64,000 nt of DNA from Eledone cirrhosa. Its lineage: Eukaryota. The stretch spans positions 23,932,001 through 23,996,000 of the forward strand of contig OZ024746.1 in NCBI GenBank assembly GCA_964016885.1. The letters run 5' to 3'. Every line of letters starts with the position of its first letter. Positions within the stretch are counted from its first letter, which is position 1. The position numbers and the translations under genes are program-made. Below are positions 28,413-39,559 of the stretch, piece by piece. The notes under the pieces were generated by a model. That model searched no databases and was not told where the DNA came from. It saw nothing but the letters and a program-made list of their open reading frames with translations.

Positions 28413-28542
28413 TTTGTTTTAAATGTAATTGTTGAGAAGAAGAAAAGCTTGCAATCATTGGTAGAGTTCGACAAAACGAAAGATTTTTCTTTAAAGGATA
28501 TCCAATTGATCTTAAATGTTGTAACGTAGTGAGAGAAGCCAT
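28413..28542 (-). CDS. MRPS18A: MRPS18A (mL66) exon 1, mitochondrial-targeting-like N-terminus
   Basis: ATG at 28542; MASLTTLQHLRSIG...SFSSSQQLHLKQ is basic, Ser-rich and lacks acidic residues. Donor A|GTAAGC; 130 nt, phase 1. Confidence 0.8.
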
Positions 28543-28952
28543 TTTAACCTTGATAGATCAATTGCCAAATAGAGTTACTTCCCTTACATCTTATTTCCTC
28601 TTACCGGTGTCACAGTTTATGTTGTGTATTTTTAAAATAAATTTTCTCAAGCGGTGATTTATACCGAATAATATCTGGAATCCTCATTTCAACACCACGC
28701 GGTTCAAAAGTAATAAAGAGACATTATATCTTTAACACCGACCTGGAATGTTTATTTTTATTCTTCATGTTTTTTTGTGGCAAATTCCTTTACAATTTTT
28801 AGTGATTTTACTTGATGTTTTTAAATTTTAATCTCCATCTTTTTTTTTAGCTAATTTCAGTGGCTGATTCTGCAAATTTTGACATTATTGTGAATTACTC
28901 AAACAATTACTTTTGCAATTGGCAGTCTTTCTTAACAACAACTTCTCAAATG

Positions 28953-29998
28953 GGCACTACAACGCTATTAGCTGTCAGTCGAAGCAGCCGATGAAAGCAA
29001 AACATCGTTTATTTCCGTATTACTACCACGCGTAAGTGGAGTTACTTAAATGAACATTTTTCTTTTTCACGCGTTTTTTTATTTTTTTTTTTATTAAAGC
29101 ATATAGATGTAAGTGGAGTTACTTAAATGAAAATATAGGTGGCCCTTAAAAGGGCCAAATTAGAATATACCGCTGCGTTTTACAATTAAATGAAAATATC
29201 ACGCGTTTTTTTTTTTATTAAAGCATATCGATGTAAGTGGAGTTACTTAAATGAAAATATAGGTGGTCCTTAAAAGGGACAAATTAGAAAACAAATTTAA
29301 GTTAATTAGAAAACAAGTCATGGTTATCAAATAAATTGGATTTAATCATTTATATTTTCATAGTCAGGGTTATCAATGTAGAAAACAAGGCATTTTCACC
29401 AACAGTGGAGTTACTTCTGTCAGCTAATACCATGAACTATATTTTCATAGTCATGGTTATTAATGTAGAAAACAAGTCATTTTCACCAACAGTGGAGTTA
29501 ACTTAAATGAAAATTTTTTTCACCAACCTTATTCAAAAGCATGGATACAGTCCACATGGAGATTGATGGTATCTGCTGTAGTAGCGGTAACGATGGAAAG
29601 ATCGCGATGGTTAATTCCATTAACAATTTGGCCCTTTTAAGGGCCACCTATATTTTCATTTAAGTTAACTCCACTGTTGGTGAAAATGACTTGTTTTCTA
29701 CATTGATAACCATGATTTGTTTTCTAATTAACTTAAATTTGTTTTCTAATTTGGCCCTTTTAAGGGCGACCTATATCTTCATTTAAGTAACTCCACTTAC
29801 ATCGATATGCTTTATAACCATGACTTGTTTTCTATTTGTTTTCTAATTTGGCCCTTTTAAGTCTTCCCTCTCTCTCTCAAAAAAACGCGTGAAAACTCCA
29901 CTTACGCGTGGTAGTAATACGGAAATAAACGATGTTGACGAGTGACGTCACCTTCGCCTGTTTTCTACTGGACTGACAGCTAATGGCGTTGTAGTGCC
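28953..29998. mobile_element. Non-autonomous DNA transposon, Merlin-like (GGCAC TIR, 8-bp TSD CTCAAATG)
   Basis: TIR GGCACTACAACGCTATTAGCTGTCAGTC / GACTGACAGCTAATGGCGTTGTAGTGCC. CTCAAATG at 28945-28952 and 29999-30006. Internal tandem subrepeats in mirror orientation. GGNRM termini with 8-9-bp TSD are typical of Merlin. Confidence 0.8.
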
Positions 29999-32009
29999 CT
30001 CAAATGTGTAGCTAACGAGGAAGCCTCTATGTGATCACGTGACATGCTAGAATGAGTAGTCAAATCTTTCTCAATTGACAAGCTAGCTTCATAAAGATAG
30101 TGAAAAATGTACTATCAGTTTGAACTAATGCTAACCAGTAAATTAGCAGAATCCTTAGAGCGCCTGACAAATGGATTTCGATGTTTATTCCACCTTATGA
30201 CATGTAGGGATATCGTTTGTGGATTGGCAGTATCGGTAGAGGGTCGGACGCCATGCTTTGACGCATAGAGTTACGTCCCTTGACATTCTGAGTTCAAATC
30301 CTGCCGAGGTTAACTTTGCCTTTCATCCTTACGGGGTCGATAAAATAAAGTACCAGCAATACACTAGATAATTGCTGGCCTTGTGCCAAAAGTAGAAACA
30401 ATTATTAATTGATCTTGGCTTTTATAATCCGAATATTTCAGCTGTTGTACCATCCTGCCATCTTCAGGTGTCTCTCATATTTGGTAATGTTTTCTGTCTC
30501 TCACTTTGTGGACCCCTCCATACCTCCATAAATTCATAGTTATCTCCCTTCTCCTCCACCACTGCAGAGCAGAAACGGCTCTTCAGTTGGGACAATAACC
30601 GACAACCTCTCTAGTGTTAATGCAACGAAAATGCACCCACTACATCCTGTAAGGTTGTTAGTGGTAAAATGGGCACACTGCTGTAGAAGCTATGCTAAAA
30701 AGGTTGAGAAAACCCTTAGTTGTGTCAACGGTCAGACAGCCTCTCTAATGTTGATCTACATGATAAACGCACCCAGTACATGTTGTAAAGTGATTGGTGA
30801 TAGGAAGGGCATCTAGCCAGAGAAAGCTTGCCAAACAAAGCGTTGGGAGGCTACTTCAGTTGTGTCAAAAACATAACAACCTCCCTAGTATTGTTGGCAC
30901 TATGAAATGCACTCAATAGAGCATGTGATCATATATATATATATAAGTAAGATGCAGACTCCTGGCCTGTCTGGGAGGACAGTTAGACCTGCTTTAGTAC
31001 TGACTCACTCTGTGAATACCCACCTCAACTCTTGCTAGCAGAGAAAGCAGACATTAAATGATGATGATAATGTTGTGTGTATATACCAATATCCATATCT
31101 CAGTTGTTATAATCCCAACATTTTAACCATTTCACCAGTCTTCTCCTGTCAAGGGCCTGTTGTATTTGGTAACATTCTTGGAATATTTAATTGAACCCTT
31201 TATTTGAGCTATAGGGTTAGATTGTTCTCATTTGCATGATATTCCAAGTATGGACAGCTGAGAACATTATTGAGTACGACAGGTATCTGAAGATGGTCAG
31301 AGAGAAGAACAGTTTAAATGTTGTAACTATAGTAACCTAGACGAGGACACTCATATGAATATATCAGTGTATAATGTTTCTACTTTTGGCAAAAGGCCAG
31401 CAGTTACCCCAGTGCATTTCTGGTACTTTATTTTATCGACCCTGTAAGGATGAAAGGCAAAGTTAACCTCGGCGGGATTTGAACTCAGAACGTAAAGGGC
31501 CATAACCTTATGCTACAATGCATAGTGTCTGATACTGCCAATAATGATAATTTACCTGAAGATGGCTAGAGTGTACAACAGATGAACTGTTGTGACTATG
31601 GGGACACTAGTTTCTATATGTGTATAATAATTGTTATAAAGAATAAAAATGAGATTTCTCACTAATATTGAGGCAGTAGCAATGCAGGGTCCACTGTAGT
31701 ATTTTAGGGGACAATGATTTGCTTTCAAAAAATACCTGAAATCTAAGAGAAAGAATAAAATAATAAATAAAAAAATAAAACAATTAAGCAAAGCATTTGG
31801 TCAACCAATTCCCCAGGGAATTTCTAGAAACCAAATATACGATAGTGAAAATAGCTGGAATCAGTGATTGTACATTCTACTAAATCTAAAGCTTAGTGTA
31901 TTTATTCATGCATGCAAGCAAACATATATAGACACAGACACACAAGCATATATATAAATATAGGCAAAGTTAAACCCAGAACGTAAAGGGCCGTAACTCT
32001 ATGCCGCAG

Positions 32010-32268
32010 AGCAAGACACTTTATTTCACATTGCTCCAGTTTACTCAGCTGTAGAAATGAGATGATAGGGACTGGGGCCCTATCATTCCATTGCAAAGTG
32101 GTCGTGTAGGTGCCATGGCAAAAAAGCACCCAGCACTCACTGTAAATGAGGTTGGTGTTAGGAGGGGCATCCAGCTGTAGAAATCAAGCCAGAATCAGTT
32201 CCCGTCCCACCCTTGCAAGCAGGGAAAATTTGACGTAAAATGATGATGATGATGATGATGATGATGAT
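32010..32268 (+). mobile_element. Composite SINE (V-like segment + Nin/Deu-like segment + RTE-derived (GAT)n tail); near-identical copy 5808-6050
   Basis: gagcaagacactttatttcacattgctccag...ggtgttaggaggggcatccagctgtagaaatc...ccttgcaagcagggaaaa...gatgatgat. The tail is shared with the RTE LINE 3' end. Confidence 0.75.
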
Positions 32269-32364
32269 ATATATATATATATATATATAGTTTTAATATA
32301 GATGAGATTCTACAGGACTAGAACTGTTTCATTCATTAGAAATCATTACACACACACACTTACA

Positions 32365-32745
32365 CACGAACTACTGACCACAACACTTTGTTTTGAAAAT
32401 TTTGAAAGTAGGTTTATAAGTATGAATTTTCATAAGATGTTTGTAGTTGTCTCTCTGGCCTAGCGGTAGGTACTAGAAACGGTGGAGATCCTGACCTTGG
32501 GTTCAATCCTGGTCAAGAGTTACATGTAACCTTTTTCAGTTTTTATTTTACAACCAATAGAAAAAAAAATGAAATGGTTTACTGGGAACCCTACTCCCGG
32601 CCAGGATTGAACATCAGACCAGGGTCACCATCATCTATGATTCCTCCAACTAGGCCACCGAGACAGGTACAAAAGTATAATGAAAATTGATAATTATAAA
32701 TCTACTTTCAAAATCAAAGTTAAAAAGTTGTGTTATCGTTCATGG
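32365..32745. mobile_element. Inverted-repeat element with two inward-facing tRNA-like heads
   Basis: Arms ttttgaaagtag.tttataa.tat.aattttcat... in inverse orientation. Each arm has an A box (TGGCCTAGCGG / TGGCCTAGTTGG) and a B box (GTTCAATCC). Confidence 0.7.
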
Positions 32746-33064
32746 CTTTCCTAGAGCTATTAGTAATATTTAGGGTCAACTTCAGGTCATTATTGAAAGT
32801 CTCTGGATTTCGCAAAATACATAATATATTTTATTGGAGAAGGTAAGATATTTTTCCGCAAAAATTTGATTGCACTGTTTTGTTTCCACTTATGTATTTT
32901 TCGAAAATGTTATTTATTCATTATAAAAATTAAATGATAGCATTCTATATGTAGGTGGGCCCCCTTCATCTCCTGGCAACCAATATTTTTAGAACCAGTC
33001 CGCCACTGTATATATAAAAACAGGATAAATGGAGAAGGCAATACATTTAAAAACAAACTTTATA

Positions 33065-33172
33065 TCTTACACAGTGTTTCCTCTATACAATATCAAAATA
33101 ACAGTTCACGCATGTGTGTGTATGCACACATATACATTGTTATAAGTGATATTTGCATAGAATCTTCAGAGA
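33065..33172 (-). ncRNA. Type-I hammerhead ribozyme with long stem II
   Basis: Minus strand: UCU-CUGAAGA-UUCUAUGCAAAUAUCA...UGAUAUUGUAUAGAG-GAAAC-ACUGU-GUA-AGA. Enclosed by inverted repeats 33021-33063 / 33198-33243. Confidence 0.65.
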
Positions 33173-34181
33173 AGAAAAATTACTGGTAATTTCGAAAATA
33201 AAGTTTGTTTTTAAATGTATTGCCTTCTTTTTCGTTTATTCTGCTTATACCTGCTCTGCTTACCTTCTGCGCTTAACTCTCATTAAATATTAACCTTTTT
33301 ATAATATTTAACACTGCACATGTAAGCATTGAGCACACTTCGCTTTGGCTATTGGCGTCTAGTATACTGTATCAATTTTTTCTCCCTCCCCCACTCTTAT
33401 GATACATGTGTCTTCTTTGAGATGTATATATATCGTTTACATCTATCTTCCACGCTAGCATGGGTTAGATGGGAATTGTCCCATTTGAGGCAAGATTAGT
33501 TGGGTGACCGTGTCTCACCCGTATAGGACTATCTGGCAGGTTTTCTACGGCTAGATGCCCTTTCTAACACCAACCAAATTTACAGTGTGGACTGGGAGCT
33601 TTTTACTGTGTTATCTACACGACCACATTACAGCGAGGACTGTGTTTTATATAATAATAATAATAATAATAATGGTTTCTTTATTAGTCTCAAAGAGCTG
33701 ACATTAAGAAAACATTAAAGACGGTACATGACGATACAACGTGGGTTTGTTTGTTTTGTTTTGTTCATGTAAAAAGTTTGATAACAGAAATAGTCTCTAC
33801 ATTTAGGCACAAGACCAGTAATTTGAAGGGGGAAAGGTCAATTAAATCGACCCCAGTGTGTGACTGGTACTTTATTTATCGATCCCCGTAAGAAACCCAG
33901 AACACAAAGGGCCGTAACTCTATGCTGCAAAGCATGTTGTCCGACACTCTACCGATTCTGCAACTCTCCCGCCTTATAATAATAATAATAATAATAATTG
34001 TTTCTACTATTGGCACAAGGCCAGCAATTACCCAGTACATTACTGGTACTTTATTTTATCGACCCCGCAAGGATAAAAGGCAAAGCTAACTCGACGGGAT
34101 TTAATAAATAATGCATTAAAAAATAATTCTCTAATAATAATTCAAGACTTATGCCAAATAATAAAAATGTTAACAAAATTA

Positions 34182-34222
<41 letters not shown>

Positions 34223-34307
34223 AGGCTTAATCATTACATATAAAATATATATCAATAACGTTTCTCAGTACAAAGTTCCATGAAACCTCAGTTCAGAGCA
34301 TCAATTA

Positions 34308-34529
34308 TATAAGTTTAAACGATACATAACAGGATATATCAATTGAGAAATGGCTATTTATACAAGACAAATAATATGTAAATAAATATACATATTTCAA
34401 AATGGTATAAAGGCCATTATTCTATCTTGAAGTATGTATATTTATTTACATATTATTTGTCCTGTATATATGTACAAAATACTAGCCATTTCTCAATTGA
34501 TCTATCCTGTTATATATCATTTAAACATA

Positions 34530-34530
<1 letters not shown>
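34308..34530. repeat. AT-rich palindromic MITE-like foldback downstream of TEKT1
   Basis: gtttaaacgatacataacaggatatatcaattgagaaatggcta ... tagccatttctcaattgatctatcctgttatatatcatttaaac. Confidence 0.7.
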
Positions 34531-34559
<29 letters not shown>

Positions 34560-34561
<2 letters not shown>

Positions 34562-34858
34562 AATTATTGTGTAAAGTGCTCAGGTGCACTACAACTCGTC
34601 AAGAAAGTACATAGAATAATACACAAATGTCAGGGAAGTACATGTGTGTATGTGTTAGCTGTAGTGTTGGCGGATCTCGGGAAGCATGGAGGCCTTAAAG
34701 GATGCAGTGTCTCGACAGCTAACAACTGATGCAGGTAGTTTGTTCCATGCTTCAGCAACTCTGAGCGTGAAAAAATGTTTCCGAAAGTCATGGGAACTGT
34801 GCTGTTTTCTTACTTTGTGGGCATGTCCACGTGTGTTAGACACATGGAAATCGAAATA
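34560..34858 (-). mobile_element. CR1/L2-type LINE 3' end with (ATT)n tail
   Basis: SNTRGHAHKVRKQHSSHDFRKHFFTLRVAEAWNKLP is the typical CR1/L2 ORF2 C-terminus. Confidence 0.8.
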
Positions 34859-34974
34859 TGATGATGATGATATATACATATATATATATGATATATACAT
34901 ATATAGAGAGAGAGAGAGAGAGTTGCTACCAGTATATATATATTGAGGACGATAACATTTAGTTGAAAAATCTT

Positions 34975-35331
34975 TTAATAAGCTTGAATGTTAATACTTT
35001 TCCTCATTCCCGCACATTCCACCTCATCAATAAACAATGTATTGGCTTTAATATCAATGTCTGCTTCCAGGTCACGCTGGTTTTGAAGCAACGTCTTCAT
35101 GGTATTGTTTGATTCATTCAAGCAGTTTTGAAGTTCCTTGATAGAGATACGCAGTTCATGGTCCTCCTTTATCAGCCTGTACTGTACCTGGTCACGACAA
35201 AGCTCCATGTTGGGTCGGAGATCCCGTTTATCGAGACGGGTTTCAACTAATTTAAGTGGTTGCTCCTTGTCAGCAATAGCCAGCTCTATCCTGCTTATGT
35301 TTTCATCAAGTTCAAGAATCTGTTGATGAGT
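34975..35331 (-). CDS. TEKT1: Tektin-1 terminal exon 6 containing the tektin signature RPNMELCRD
   Basis: ttacag acceptor, tektin nonapeptide RPNxELCRD, ends ...KANTLFIDEVECAGMRKSINIQAY*. Total CDS 1209 nt = 402 aa + stop. Confidence 0.95.
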   Translation of the reverse strand, partial: THQQILELDENISRIELAIADKEQPLKLVETRLDKRDLRPNMELCRDQVQYRLIKEDHELRISIKELQNCLNESNNTMKTLLQNQRDLEADIDIKANTLFIDEVECAGMRKSINIQAY

Positions 35332-36959
35332 CTGTAATATATTTCCCAAATAGATACCTAGATAAATATGTATTAGTAAATATTCACTCAATCATGAATG
35401 CTAAACACACTCTACACCTGATCTCCCACAATGCTGTTGCCATAATAAAAAGCACTAAGTCCACCCTGTATGCTGATCCAGTGCTGCAACAACAAAAGCA
35501 TCCAGTTCATGCTGTATGGTGGTCATGCTGGTGACATTACAAAAAGCACCCAGTCAACCCTGTTAGGTGGTTGCACTAGTGACACAACAAACAACACCCA
35601 TTTCAGCCTGTTAGGTGAATGTTTAGGTGCCACAATAAAAAGCACCCAGTCCCCACTCTAACATGATTAGCATTAGGAAGGGTATCCAACTGTAGAAACA
35701 AAGGCAAAATACAGATCTGTATGAGCAAGATGTGTTCTCTGAACAATCTTGTCTTGTAATATGACAACTTATCTAACCCATGCAAGCATGGAAAATGGAC
35801 ATTAGATAATGATGAATAGCATGGTTGAGTAGCTTAGAAGTACACTTCTGAATCATGTAATTCTGGGTTCAGTCCAGCTGTACTCCATTACATAACTAAT
35901 ACATTTTATTCAACAAATTTACCAGGAATTATATAATTTTTACATATAAAAACAAAGAAGAAGAAAAAGAATCAAATAGTAAAAGTAAGGCGAAGGGGGA
36001 GGGCGCTTTATCCATGGTAGATTTCTACGGTTGGTTGCAGGGTTGGACTTTCACTTGCTGAGGCCTTATGCTATATGAAATTTGTGACCTTTCTCTAAAA
36101 GTAATCAGGTAAAAAAAAATTATTTTATATTAATGTTAATGTTAAAGAATAAAAACTAATGATAAAATAAATGTATATATATTTTTTAAATGAGTCTCCT
36201 GAGGGTGTGTGACCCTAAGCTATAGCTTATTTAGCTTATAAGTAAGCCCAGTGCTGACTGGATGCGCTTCCTGGTGCCAAACCATGCATTTCAGTATGGT
36301 AAGATATTCACTGACTTAATTCTTTTGGAAGTGAAGACAAACACAAACACACACACATACAATATTGCCTTTTGAGTAAATTTGTTGATGAGAATTGTGA
36401 AAGCCCTTCATTTGTATGTATGTGTATGTTGGTGTATATCTTAACCTCTAAAACAGATAAATTGGTGAATCGCTTACCATACTGATAAAGCAATGCAATC
36501 CTCACAAATATTGTTTTGAAGACATGAAAGTGTTAAATGAAATGTGTCTCTCTCTCTCTCTTTGGTTGTATGTCTGGCTGTCTGTTTGTCTGTCCATGAA
36601 AAAATTAGTTGCTCTAGAAATGATTTTGTTCATGCCCAGTTAGAGATATTAGCTAAACTAGGCCATACATTATGATTTGAATATCTAATATGCTATTAGG
36701 AACAACATGACTTGGCATGTTGTCACAATAAAAACAGGCCGACATTTAAGAAAAATATCTTAGATCTCTTGAAAAATTTTGCTCAAATGACTTCTGTTTG
36801 GTTTTGGTCATGTCAGGGGTATAACTATACCCACTACACATGGCCAATTGTTGGAGTGGATGGCCATTGACTCTGAGGAGTTCATTTGCCCTTTTAGAAG
36901 CTCTTGTTTGTTTTTTTTGTATGTTACTGGGGTTCCACTTATAAGACTGATTTAATGGA

Positions 36960-37262
36960 GGAGCTGGTTTGGTTAATGACCACTTAAATGAAGCAGGTTG
37001 TACTGGGTTACATGATACCAGTCGCAAGCAAAAGCCTGACTTAACCAAACTAGAGTCTATTGGAGAAGTCAGTTTAGTCATCAGCCACTCAACCATGAAG
37101 CAGGTTGTACTGGGTTACATGGTACCAATAGCAGGCAGAAGCCTGGCCTAACCAGACCAGAGTCTGGTGCGGGAGCCAGTTTACTTACCAGCAACTCGAC
37201 CATGAAGCAGGTTGTACTGGGTTACATGGTACCAGTAACAGGCAGAAGACTGACCTAACCAT
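36960..37262. repeat. ~105-bp tandem repeat x3 (atgaagcaggttgtactgggttacatg...)
   Basis: Motif recurs near 36988, 37095 and 37202. Confidence 0.85.
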
Positions 37263-37272
37263 GGTTACTTAC

Positions 37273-37495
37273 TTTATTCAAATTCTCCTCTAACTTCTGC
37301 TTGGTATCTCTAGTCTCATCTATCCTCTTAGTCAATGCTAAATCGACGGCGTTACACTGGTTTTTCATGTCGTTGGCCACTTGCTGTAGGAGACTGTTTA
37401 TCAAGGAACGTAGGTTGGCTGATGTTTCTCTCTCTTGTTCTGTTCTCACAATGTTTGAGTTAGAGAATGTCTGCCAGTCATTGATTGAAATAGAG
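37273..37495 (-). CDS. TEKT1: Tektin-1 exon 5 (NSISINDWQTFSNSNIVRTEQERETSANLRSLINSLLQQVANDMKNQCNAVDLALTKRIDETRDTKQKLEENLNK)
   Basis: tgtag acceptor and AAA|GTAAGT donor, 223 nt; frame continuous with both neighbours. Confidence 0.92.
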
Positions 37496-37560
37496 CTACA
37501 AAGAAATCAAAGAGACTCCATCAGATACTGAAGTGAAGCTGAACTAACACAGTTATGATG

Positions 37561-37561
<1 letters not shown>

Positions 37562-37591
<30 letters not shown>

Positions 37592-37598
37592 GCTGCTG

Positions 37599-37638
<40 letters not shown>

Positions 37639-37829
37639 CTCTACTACTACTACTACTACCACCACCACCACCACCACTACTACTAATACCACTACTACTA
37701 CTACCACTACTACAACCACCACTACCACTGCTGCTGCTCATGCTTCTACTACTACAGCTTCCACCACCATCACCACCACTACCACTGCTGCTGCTGCTCA
37801 TGCTACTACTACTAGTTTCCACCACCACA

Positions 37830-37872
<43 letters not shown>

Positions 37873-37885
37873 TCGTTGATACTTC
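37562..37885. repeat. (ACT/ACC/GCT)n trinucleotide low-complexity tract in TEKT1 intron 4
   Basis: Direct inspection; the source of the poly-V/S/T ORFs. Confidence 0.95.
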
Positions 37886-38117
37886 TACTACTTCATATAA
37901 ACATCCATACAAACACACATCCACATATATATGTGTGTGTGTGTGTATGCATGTGTGTGTATGTGCATGCATATGTATATCTGTGTATGTGCATGTATAC
38001 AAACTCAATTTCCATTCAGTCAGATAACAAAGAAACAGCTTCCATATAAGAAGTAGAATTCATTAAAAAAAAACAAGAACATCAACAATAGCAACAAGAA
38101 CAACAACAGTAACCTAC

Positions 38118-38261
38118 TTTGGATTAACTTTTACTGCATCCTCATTAAAGTCAATGTGTGAAGAATGGTTCCTGAGTTGCTGGCAATATTCATCAATATC
38201 AATTCCAGCGAGTTTGTCGTTCAGATCCATCTGAAGATTGTATTTCACTTTCCTGTTACAG
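38118..38261 (-). CDS. TEKT1: Tektin-1 exon 4 (CNRKVKYNLQMDLNDKLAGIDIDEYCQQLRNHSSHIDFNEDAVKVNP)
   Basis: ccccag acceptor and AA|GTAGGT donor, 144 nt; tektin 'NR..KYNL..DL.DK....ID..C..L.N.S' motif. Confidence 0.92.
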
Positions 38262-38283
38262 CTGGGGACAAAATAAATGATAA

Positions 38284-38530
38284 AACATGTGACTTGAACA
38301 CATGTGACTGACCATGAGGTTGAAACATGTGGCTCTAATACGTGTGACTTGAACACACGTGACACTAACCATGCAACTAACACATGTGGATCTAAATATG
38401 TGGCTCTAACACATGTGACTCTAACACATGTGACTCTAACACATGTGACTCTAACACATGTGACTCTAACACATGTGACTCTAACACATGTGTCTTTAAC
38501 CATGTGACTCTAGCCCATGTGATTCTAACT
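38284..38530. repeat. 15-bp minisatellite (CTCTAACACATGTGA)n next to the TEKT1 exon 4 acceptor
   Basis: Perfect core units at 38404-38492, with diverged units either side. Confidence 0.9.
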
Positions 38531-38678
38531 GATGTCAATGTATTGGGTGCATAGTATCATGACACAAACACTAAAAAGGTTATCATTTCTTGAGCAATGC
38601 TAAAGAGTCCTTTCAACACTATGTTGTCTGTTCATTCACTGGTCCCTTTACAGAGTGTACTGGGTGCATTTTATTGAA

Positions 38679-38962
38679 GCACTAGTAAGGTAGACCAGCA
38701 CTAGTAAGGTTGACCAGCACTGGTAAGGTAGACTAACCATAGTAAAACTGACCAGCACTGGTAAGGTTGATCAACACTGATAAGCTTGACCAGCACTAGT
38801 AAGGTTGATCAGCCCTAGTAAAACTGACCAGCATTAATAAGGTTGACCAGCACTAGTAAAGTTGACCAGAAGTAGTTAGGTTGACCAGTAATGGTAAAGT
38901 TGACCAACTTTGATAAAGTTGACCAGCACTGGTGAGGTTGACCAGTAATAGTAAGGTTGACT
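38679..38962. repeat. ~19-bp minisatellite (GCACTAGTAAGGTTGACCA)n
   Basis: More than ten diverged units visible. Confidence 0.85.
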
Positions 38963-39230
38963 TGTGCTGTCTTTGTTCATTCAAAGCAACAAGACTAAGA
39001 GAATAACCACAATATGGTTAGAAACTCTCGTGACAGCTGGACAGCAGGTTTTCAGAGAAAACCACTGCCCCACCTCAAGCAAGTGTTTTAGCCCTTAACT
39101 TCTTCACTACTCTGTGCTGTCTTTGTTCAGTTAAAGTAACAAGAATAAAAAGATAACGACAATAAATATAATAAATAAAATGGTATAAAGGAAGGGTGGT
39201 GTGTGTGTGTATGGTCACAAAGCTTCTTAC

Positions 39231-39359
39231 CGTAGTTGTTCCTTGATTTGATCTGTAGTGCGTGTGAGCAAAGCTATTGATCCTTCAATAACATCACACT
39301 CCTTCAATAACTCTTTCTGAAAACCATCATACACCAAGTCTATACCAAGCCGTTGATCC
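39231..39359 (-). CDS. TEKT1: Tektin-1 exon 3 (DQRLGIDLVYDGFQKELLKECDVIEGSIALLTRTTDQIKEQLR)
   Basis: cctccag acceptor and CG|GTAAG donor, 129 nt; tektin 'R.GIDLV.D....EL.KE' motif. Confidence 0.92.
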
Positions 39360-39559
39360 CTGGAGGAAGAATACACACAACATAAATATATATATACATA
39401 GTAATAATAATAAATGTGAAGACTAAAATCCAAAGAGGGCTTGATAAGGATAAATATATATCAAATATATAAGAACCGTAGAGCAAATATTTATTAAAAT
39501 AACAGATTAAACTTTAAGCGATTCTTTGCTTAAACTTTAATCTGTTATTTTAATAAATG

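Noticed and set aside
37507-38027. Poly-Val/Ser/Thr ORFs
   Set aside because: Trinucleotide microsatellite in TEKT1 intron 4.
38284-38962. Regularly spaced short repeats as a CRISPR-like array
   Set aside because: Units are contiguous without unique spacers; eukaryotic intron; no cas genes.
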